This document shows, piece by piece, positions 57,399 through 64,000 of a stretch of DNA of 64,000 nucleotides. The notes under the pieces were generated by a model. That model was not told the DNA's origin. It was given only the letters and a program-made list of their open reading frames with translations, and ran no database searches. Each line of letters begins with the position of its first letter. Positions within the stretch are counted from its first letter, which is position 1. This DNA is from Candidatus Latescibacterota bacterium. GTDB lineage: Bacteria; Latescibacterota; UBA2968; UBA8231. The stretch is from contig OZ253462.1 in NCBI GenBank assembly GCA_965261395.1, positions 928,001-992,000 on the forward strand, read 5' to 3'. The position numbers and the translations under genes were made by a program.

Positions 57399-58606
57399 CG
57401 CTGGCAGTTCTCTTGGCAGCGCAGCCCGCGTTTGGCATCAGCTTGTGGTCGAGTGCTGACGGGAGTCGCTACTGGGCGCTGGATGCCGCGCTGAAGTGGA
57501 CCGCGCTCTCGTCGTACGCACCCGACGCGCCGCTACTGTATCCCAAGAGTTGGAGCGCAGCCGCACTGGGAAGGGGGCGGCTCGCGCTGAGAGGCCAAGC
57601 CGCGACGGATCTGCACGTGCGCTTGGCCTACGAGCAACGGGCGCGGGCGGTGTCCACAGGTGCTGGCGCTGGCGGGGGCGCAGGTATCTTGGTGCCGGAG
57701 AGCCACGCGCCGTATCGGCTCAAACAGTTCGATGACGCGCTGGCGATGGGCGAGAACATCGCCTATCGGCACGAGCTAGACCGCGCGTTCGTCGCTTGGC
57801 ACCTAGGACGTGGCGAGCTACAAATCGGCCGCCAAGCCATTGGGTGGGGGCGTGGCGTGCTCTTTGGCGCAGTGGATATTTTCGCGCCGTTTAATCCCTT
57901 AGAAAGCGATCGCGAATGGCGGCGTGGCGTGGATGCGCTGCGCGTTTCCGTGCCGCTGGCGGATCGCTTTTCGTTGGACGCGGTAGCGGCTGGCGGTTCA
58001 TCGGTTGACGAATCGGCCTTTGTGGGGCGGCTCTACGGCTATATCGGCGCGCTCGACGGAGAGTTGCTGTTGGGGCGTCGCCGCGGCGATGGCTTTGTGG
58101 GCATAGCTATGTCCATGCGGGTCAAAGGCGCTGAGATCCACGGCGAGTTAGCATCGTTCAAGACGCCCGCCACAGCAGGGGGCGAGGTGGTGCTCAAGGC
58201 CCTTGTGGGCGGTTCGTACGCGTGGGACACACAGGGCGGCTTGTTGCTCGTGAGCGAATATCACTTCTCGGGCTTTGGCGTCAGCGACCTTGCCGAGCTA
58301 TATAAGGTCCCGTATCAGGAGCGCCTGATCCAAGGAGACGCGCAGATCTTGGGGCGGCACGCCGGTGCCTTGCAGCTATCGCAGGGGATCACGGGCACTC
58401 TGCCGAGGACGTTGGGTTGGCTCTTTTCCCCGATAGATGGCTCCGGGGTGCTAACGGGCGTGGTGACGTGGATTTTCTCCGACGCGCTGACGCTAGCGGC
58501 CAGTGCGTACTGGCCCTATGGGGAGAGGCCGAGCGGATATGCCTTGAGAAGCGAGTATGGGGGAGGGGCAAAGAGTGGGTTGGTGCAGATTAGTTTTTAC
58601 TATTGA
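57389..58606 (+). CDS. Hypothetical outer-membrane beta-barrel protein
   Basis: Signal peptide, IGRQAIGWG, RGVDALR and a terminal aromatic residue (SFYY). Confidence 0.7.
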   Translation: MRLTLAVLLAAQPAFGISLWSSADGSRYWALDAALKWTALSSYAPDAPLLYPKSWSAAALGRGRLALRGQAATDLHVRLAYEQRARAVSTGAGAGGGAGILVPESHAPYRLKQFDDALAMGENIAYRHELDRAFVAWHLGRGELQIGRQAIGWGRGVLFGAVDIFAPFNPLESDREWRRGVDALRVSVPLADRFSLDAVAAGGSSVDESAFVGRLYGYIGALDGELLLGRRRGDGFVGIAMSMRVKGAEIHGELASFKTPATAGGEVVLKALVGGSYAWDTQGGLLLVSEYHFSGFGVSDLAELYKVPYQERLIQGDAQILGRHAGALQLSQGITGTLPRTLGWLFSPIDGSGVLTGVVTWIFSDALTLAASAYWPYGERPSGYALRSEYGGGAKSGLVQISFYY

Positions 58607-58655
58607 TGGGGCCGTTGTAAGAACAGGCCGGTAACTCCTCCCGGTGCGCTAAGCG

Positions 58656-60002
58656 TCAGGTGCGGCTTTGCAAAAGCGCGGCGATTTCGACGTGGCCCTG
58701 TTGCTCGGCCCAAGCCAGCGGGGCCGTCCATGGCGCACCCGCCAGCGGCTCGACCGAAGCCCCGTGCTCCAAGAGCAAAGCGGCCAGCTTGGCCAAGCCG
58801 TAGCGGCAGGCGTGGCCCAGAGGCGTGGACTGGAGTTCGTCGTCGCGGGTTTCCAAGTCGGCACCATAGTCTATGAGCAACTCGGCGAACGGGAGCTTTT
58901 CTGCGTCGGCCCAGTGCGAAGTCTCGCCGGCCAAGCGGTGTAGGAGGGTCATGTTCTTGGCGTCTGTGGCCTTGGGGTCGGCCCCTTGGGCGAGCATCAG
59001 GCGCAGGATTTCGACTTTGTCGGCGTGTTCGTCGCCTTGGTCATTAGCGTAGCGGTGCATGGCCTGTCCGCGCCGGCCGCGCAATGGCTGATAAAGCGTC
59101 CTGAACGAATCCATGCCCGACATATCGTAGCGGTAACACAGCCGCACCAGGGCGACGTTGCCGCTGAGGGCCGCCCCCCAGAGGATTTCGCTGGCCAGCT
59201 CGGGCTTGAGGTGCATGACTTCGGCGGGTACGGCCATGCGCCCGCAGAGCGCGGCGGCGATGGCAAAGCTGTGGCCACCATAGCTGTAGATCAGGTCGAG
59301 AATCGCGTCGTTGTCGTTTTCCATGGCACGCTCGGCGGCCGGACCGCTGGCAAAGACGTAGGCGTTGGGATCGGCCCCGGCGGCCAAGAGCCGCTGGCAG
59401 ACCTCGTAGTGATTGCCTTTGGCGGCTCGCCACAGCGGGATGCCGGCGTTGTTATAGATGCCTTCGTCGCCGTGGTCGAGGTCTTCGGGGGCATCTGGGT
59501 CGGCCCCGTGGTCGAGGAGTAGGGCTACCATCTCGGCAAAGCCTTTTTCCGCGGCGACGGTAAGCGGATGAGACGGGTGGTCGGCGAGGGTTGGATCGGT
59601 GGCCAACAGGGCGCGGGCTTGGTCGAGGTCGTTGGCCGCGGCAGCCGCAAAGAGCGCTGGTCCCGGCCCGGTGGCCGGCTCGGCGGCTGGTTGCCGAGCG
59701 AGGAAGTCCTCGATCAGGGCCACGACCTTGGGGTAGCCGCGGGCGCGGACGTAGGCGAGGGCACTGGTGGCGCGGCGGTTGGGGTACACGCCGCGCCGGG
59801 GGTCGGCCCCGGCAGCTAAGAGTGCGGCCACGATCTCGGCGTACCCCTCGCGGGCAGCGAACTGGATCGCCAACTGGCCGTTTTGGGTGATGGGCTGGCG
59901 GGCGAGCAGGGCGTTTTGGGCGAGTATCTCCTCGACTTGGGCCAGATCGCCGGCTTGGGCGGCGTCACACAACTGTTGCACGGTCGGCGTTTGCCCGGCC
60001 AT
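58656..60002 (-). CDS. Ankyrin repeat protein
   Basis: Multiple PL..AA..G...V..LL..GADP repeats. Confidence 0.88.
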   Translation of the reverse strand: MAGQTPTVQQLCDAAQAGDLAQVEEILAQNALLARQPITQNGQLAIQFAAREGYAEIVAALLAAGADPRRGVYPNRRATSALAYVRARGYPKVVALIEDFLARQPAAEPATGPGPALFAAAAANDLDQARALLATDPTLADHPSHPLTVAAEKGFAEMVALLLDHGADPDAPEDLDHGDEGIYNNAGIPLWRAAKGNHYEVCQRLLAAGADPNAYVFASGPAAERAMENDNDAILDLIYSYGGHSFAIAAALCGRMAVPAEVMHLKPELASEILWGAALSGNVALVRLCYRYDMSGMDSFRTLYQPLRGRRGQAMHRYANDQGDEHADKVEILRLMLAQGADPKATDAKNMTLLHRLAGETSHWADAEKLPFAELLIDYGADLETRDDELQSTPLGHACRYGLAKLAALLLEHGASVEPLAGAPWTAPLAWAEQQGHVEIAALLQSRT

Positions 60003-60093
60003 GGTGCGTTCCTTTCTTTTAAAGGTTTCTGGCGATACTAGCCGGTCGATATAACCGCCGCAAGCGTTTTTTCTACCCTAAGCAGAGGTGTTG

Positions 60094-60819
60094 ATGTCGA
60101 TAATCACCGTCATTGGCCGCGGTCACTCGGGCACGCGCGCCATAGCCCACACCCTCTATGCCAGCGGCGTTTTTATGGGCCATACGCTCAATCGCTCGGG
60201 CGACAAGGTGCCGCCCCACGCGCTCTACGCCGCCTGTCGGGTCATGGCCAAATACGTCAAGTGGAAGGGTGGCCTAGAGTGGGATTTCGACGACTTGCAC
60301 AGCGCAAAAATCGACCCAGAATTTGAGGACTTGATCGGCGAATACCTGCAAGACATTGCATCCGACCGCTCGGAGCACAAGGGTTGGAAGCTGCCTGAGA
60401 CGACGTTGATTTACCCGTGGATTGTGCGGATGTTTCCCGACATCCACTACATCCACTGGATCCGCGATCCGCGCGACAGCATTATCGGCGGCCACAAGAC
60501 CGATGACCTAGCGGACTTCGGCGTCGAGTACGAGCGCACGGACGACATCCGGCGGCGGCGGGCCATTTCGTGGAAATACCAATACGAACTGATGAAGGCC
60601 ACGCCCAAACCAAAGAAGTGGATGTTGGTGCGATTCGAGGATTTTGTGCTGAAGCAGGAGGAAGTGTTGCGGGAGTTGGAAGCGTTTTTGGGATTTGAGT
60701 TGGGCCGGATCGTGGTGCGGCCGGAGTCGCTTGGGCGGTGGAAAACGGACCGGGAGCAGCACATGTTTGACTTTTTTAGAGATGCCATGGACGAAAACGG
60801 ATACGGAGAGATATCATGA
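60094..60819 (+). CDS. Sulfotransferase family protein
   Basis: 5'-PSB GRGHSGTR, GWKLP, 3'-PB IRDPRDS and RFEDF motifs. Confidence 0.82.
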   Translation: MSIITVIGRGHSGTRAIAHTLYASGVFMGHTLNRSGDKVPPHALYAACRVMAKYVKWKGGLEWDFDDLHSAKIDPEFEDLIGEYLQDIASDRSEHKGWKLPETTLIYPWIVRMFPDIHYIHWIRDPRDSIIGGHKTDDLADFGVEYERTDDIRRRRAISWKYQYELMKATPKPKKWMLVRFEDFVLKQEEVLRELEAFLGFELGRIVVRPESLGRWKTDREQHMFDFFRDAMDENGYGEIS

Positions 60820-61643
60820 AAATCAGCTTTACGACGTTGGGCTGTCCAGATTGGGACTTGGATACCATTTGCCGCAGGGGCCGCGAATACGGCTACGAAG
60901 GCGTCGATTTCCGCGGGTTGCAGGAGACGATGGATATTACCCAATTGCCGGCCTTCACCAGCGGAGTCGTCCAGACTCGACGCCAGCTAGCAGACGCTGG
61001 CATGGAGGTGTCGGGGATCAGCTCCAGCATCCGGGTCTGCGTGCCGGAGAAGTTAGAGGAGAACGTAGAGGAGGCGCGGCGCTCGGTCCCGGTGGCCAAT
61101 GCATTGGGCTGCGGAGCGATCCGAGTTTTTGGCGGCGGCGACTCCAGGACCTGTTCCAAGGAGGAGCTAGCCGACATCGGGCGGGAGACGATGGAACAGA
61201 TCCTCGAATTGGACGGAGCCTGCCAGCTCAAGTGGCTTTTTGAGACCCACGACGAGTGGATCAAGGCGGTAGAGTGCAAGCTGCTGCTCGACCGCATTCC
61301 GAATGAAGCGTTCGGCGTCCTCTGGGACATGGGCCACACGGCGCGGGTGGGGGAGGAGTCGCCGGAGCAGACCTATCAGGCGGTGGGGCCGCGCATAGGC
61401 TATACCCACGTCAAAGACGCCGTCTATGCGCCCGGTCACGTCGAGGCGATGAAGGACGGTTGGCGCTACGTGCCGCCGGGTGCGGGCCAGTTGCCCTTAG
61501 AAGAGGCGATAGCCCTGCTCAAGGGGCATGGGTACGACGGCTGGATCATGTTTGAGCACGAGAAGCGCTGGCACCGCGAACTGGAGTCGCCGGAGGAGAT
61601 ATTCCCGATTTTTTCGGCTTGGGTCAGACCGTTGCTCGGTTAG
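60816..61643 (+). CDS. Sugar phosphate isomerase/epimerase (xylose-isomerase-like TIM barrel)
   Basis: FTTLGCP, ETHD, WDMGH, HVKD and FEHEK motifs. Confidence 0.87.
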   Translation: MKISFTTLGCPDWDLDTICRRGREYGYEGVDFRGLQETMDITQLPAFTSGVVQTRRQLADAGMEVSGISSSIRVCVPEKLEENVEEARRSVPVANALGCGAIRVFGGGDSRTCSKEELADIGRETMEQILELDGACQLKWLFETHDEWIKAVECKLLLDRIPNEAFGVLWDMGHTARVGEESPEQTYQAVGPRIGYTHVKDAVYAPGHVEAMKDGWRYVPPGAGQLPLEEAIALLKGHGYDGWIMFEHEKRWHRELESPEEIFPIFSAWVRPLLG

Positions 61644-61646
61644 CCG

Positions 61647-62960
61647 ATGACGCAGCTACACTATCCCAAGGTCGCCCTGCACGTGCCGACCTTGCTCCTA
61701 CCGCGAGCAGACATTCCCCTCGAAACTTGGTCAGTCATTGCCTGCGACCAGTACACCTCGCAGCCCGAATACTGGGAGGAAGTGCGGCGGATTGTCGGAG
61801 CCGACCCTTCGACACTACATCTGGTTTTTCCCGAAGCATATCTCGGGTTAGCTGACCGCAAACAGGCCATCGCCGGCATTAACCAGCGGATGCAGGCATA
61901 TCTCAAAAGCGGCGTACTAGTGGAGCAGCGACCCGGGTTTATGCTGGTGGAGCGCGAAGTGGGACGCGCTGCGCCGCGCAAGGGGCTGGTCGTCGCCTTG
62001 GACTTGGAGCAGTACGACTACCGAGACGGAGCGCAACAGCTAATCCGCACGACCGAGGGCACCGATCAGAGTCGGCTGCCGCCCAGAATCCAAGTGCGGG
62101 AGAAGGCGTCGCTAGAAACGCCGCATATCATGGTGCTGATCGACGACCCGCAGCAGACGGTGATTGAGCCGCTTGGCGAAAAAGACGTAGAGCTGACCTA
62201 CGATTTTGAGCTGATGTTAGGAGGCGGCAGACTTAGAGGCTGGCACATTGACGATGGGGCGTTGATCGACGAGATCGCCGGGCGCCTTGCCCGCCTCGCG
62301 TGCGGCGAGCCGTCGCTGATCTACGCGTTGGGCGATGGCAATCACTCCTTCGCCACAGCGCGCGCCGTCTGGGAGCGGCTCAAGGCGGAGGCAGAGGACG
62401 AGCGCCAGATAATGCATCACCCAGCGCGCTATGCCTTGGCCGAACTCGTCAATGTCCACGACGAGGGGTTGGAGTTTGCGCCAATCCATCGAGTGGTTTT
62501 TGGAGTAGATGCGGCCGATCTCTTGCGGTCAATGGAGACGCACTGCATAGAGTGGGGATTTAGTCGTCGGATCTTTACTGATCGGGATGGATGGGAGGCC
62601 GCCTGTCGCGAAGCGGCCGTCGGCCCGGGGCACCACATTCCCTATATAAGCGAGACAGAGCGCGGCCTGTTGAGTATCGCCAGACCCAACTTCCAGCTCG
62701 AAGTAGCGTCGTTGCAGGCCTTTTTGGACCGCTATCTCGACGCGCATCCCCGCGCCCGCCTCGACTATATCCACGGCGATGATGTGCTAGAGAAGCTGGC
62801 CGCGATGCCGGACAGCATCGGCTTCTTGCTGCCGGCGATGGACAAGCGCGATTTGTTCAAGACGATCATCATGGACGGGGCTACGCCGCGCAAGACGTTC
62901 TCGCTGGGCGAGGCTGAAGAGAAGCGCTACTACTTGGAATGTCGGCGGCTGGTGCCGTGA
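61647..62960 (+). CDS. DUF1015 family protein
   Basis: WSVIACDQYTSQ, IRTTEGT, GDGNHS, PIHRV and PRKTFS motifs. Confidence 0.85.
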   Translation: MTQLHYPKVALHVPTLLLPRADIPLETWSVIACDQYTSQPEYWEEVRRIVGADPSTLHLVFPEAYLGLADRKQAIAGINQRMQAYLKSGVLVEQRPGFMLVEREVGRAAPRKGLVVALDLEQYDYRDGAQQLIRTTEGTDQSRLPPRIQVREKASLETPHIMVLIDDPQQTVIEPLGEKDVELTYDFELMLGGGRLRGWHIDDGALIDEIAGRLARLACGEPSLIYALGDGNHSFATARAVWERLKAEAEDERQIMHHPARYALAELVNVHDEGLEFAPIHRVVFGVDAADLLRSMETHCIEWGFSRRIFTDRDGWEAACREAAVGPGHHIPYISETERGLLSIARPNFQLEVASLQAFLDRYLDAHPRARLDYIHGDDVLEKLAAMPDSIGFLLPAMDKRDLFKTIIMDGATPRKTFSLGEAEEKRYYLECRRLVP

Positions 62961-62970
62961 GCGTCTCGCC

Positions 62971-63825
62971 CTACTCGGAGTAATCGTATTTCCGATTGCG
63001 GCTGATATAGTCGATCGGCCCATCGACAAATTCAGCTACCGTCTCCAACGCACTATCTGCAAACAGTTCTTCTGTCCCCTTGGGAAACAACAGCGGCTTC
63101 CCCGTGTGCCACCAGCGCACCCAGTGGATCATGGCGATCATCGGGCGGGGCTGGTCGGTGAGGTTGGGCATGCCGCGATGCCAGAGGCGCATGTCGCGGA
63201 TCAGCACGCTGCCGGCGGGCACGTTCGGTTGCAGGGGTTTGCACTCGTCGCGGAGGCGTTCTTCGACTGCGGGTGGCAGCTTGATGTCGCCGTCGTTGAG
63301 GGCGCGGGTGGTGTCTAGGTGGGTGCCGGGCCACAGTTCGGTGCTGCCGTTTGCGGGTGTGGCATCGACGACGGGCACGTTGACGACCATGCCATAGGCC
63401 GGCGTCGCCACCTCGAGATTCGGCCAGAGCTGACCCGCGTCAACGTGGAGGGGCTGCTGAGTGGTGTTGGGCAGGCAGGTGTTGCCGCTGTAGAAGGCGT
63501 TTTTGACGCCCTCGCCGAGTACTGCGTGAGTTACTTCGACGACGAGGTCGTTGGCCAGCACGTCGCGAAAGAGGTAGGGCGGGAAGGGCGGTGGGTCCTG
63601 CTGCAGGTGGCCGTCGTTAAACTGGTAGGGGACGTCGGCGAGGTCGAGGATCTCTTCGACGTCGCCGAGCATGCGCTCGCGCAACATTTCGATATGCGCG
63701 GGATCAATGGCGCGATGGAGGACGACGAAGCCAGCGTCGTGCAGGGCGGCGACGGCTTGTTGCAGGTGCTCCGGTTTTAGCTTGCGCGCGCTGTGCTCGG
63801 CCGCGCTCAATTCCAATTCGACCAT
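62971..63825 (-). CDS. PhyH-family dioxygenase
   Basis: Likely start MVELEL at 63825. Motifs QPLHVD, NGSTELWPGTH and RDMRLWHRGMPN..RPM. Confidence 0.87.
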   Translation of the reverse strand: MVELELSAAEHSARKLKPEHLQQAVAALHDAGFVVLHRAIDPAHIEMLRERMLGDVEEILDLADVPYQFNDGHLQQDPPPFPPYLFRDVLANDLVVEVTHAVLGEGVKNAFYSGNTCLPNTTQQPLHVDAGQLWPNLEVATPAYGMVVNVPVVDATPANGSTELWPGTHLDTTRALNDGDIKLPPAVEERLRDECKPLQPNVPAGSVLIRDMRLWHRGMPNLTDQPRPMIAMIHWVRWWHTGKPLLFPKGTEELFADSALETVAEFVDGPIDYISRNRKYDYSE

Positions 63826-63830
63826 AGCGT

Positions 63831-64000
63831 TCAGGCGCAGGTGGGGTCTTCGAACGGCCAGCGGTTGAAGGAAGGCAAGTTTTCTCCGGTCAGTCTTTCG
63901 CGTGCGTCGTACCACGATTGAGCCCAAGCCTCTGGGTCGCGCAGTTCGCTTTGGGGATCTTTGCGGCTGCGGGCGACGAAGCCGGGAAAGAGCGGCCGGC
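63831..64000 (-). CDS. 3' end of an upstream gene, probably another PhyH-like protein (partial)
   Basis: Manual translation gives RPLFPGFVARSRKDPQSELRDPEAWAQSWYDARERLTGENLPSFNRWPFEDPTCA*. It ends 5 bp before the PhyH start. The family call is from recollection of similar C-termini. Confidence 0.55.
   Translation of the reverse strand, partial: RPLFPGFVARSRKDPQSELRDPEAWAQSWYDARERLTGENLPSFNRWPFEDPTCA

Noticed and set aside
1-64000. CRISPR array, tRNA, rRNA or IS elements
   Set aside because: No regularly spaced repeats, cloverleaf/T-loop context or transposase motifs seen by eye. The only long repeat is the PQQ gene duplication.

Overview
GC-rich bacterial window (about 60-63% GC by eye) with about 53 full CDS and two partial CDS at the edges. 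I found no rRNA, tRNA, CRISPR array or integrase/transposase. The gene content includes secreted proteins with FlgD-Ig/PNPFN-type C-terminal domains, sulfatases, a sulfotransferase, several PhyH/TauD dioxygenases, ankyrin proteins and sugar-acid catabolism genes. This resembles FCB-group Latescibacterota/Poribacteria-like sponge symbionts (inference only). Two lower-GC defence-like islands interrupt the backbone. (1) About 20.7-24.4 kb: a SAMHD1/YwfO-like HD triphosphohydrolase coupled to a YwgA/Panacea-like protein, convergent on a PD-(D/E)xK nuclease whose C-terminus closely resembles the SeqA methyl-GATC reader domain. This is the best candidate for an undescribed system. (2) About 47.6-52.0 kb: a gutted C5 DNA methyltransferase, an HNH nuclease, a MORC-ATPase/histidine-kinase fusion and a receiver-effector protein. 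Other notable items are tandem PQQ-dehydrogenase-ankyrin fusion paralogs, a 23-aa beta-repeat membrane protein, an unannotated 50-aa ORF coupled to sco, and a window-wide CCWGG to CTAGG/CTTGG erosion signature. All family calls come from motif recognition by eye, not from database searches.
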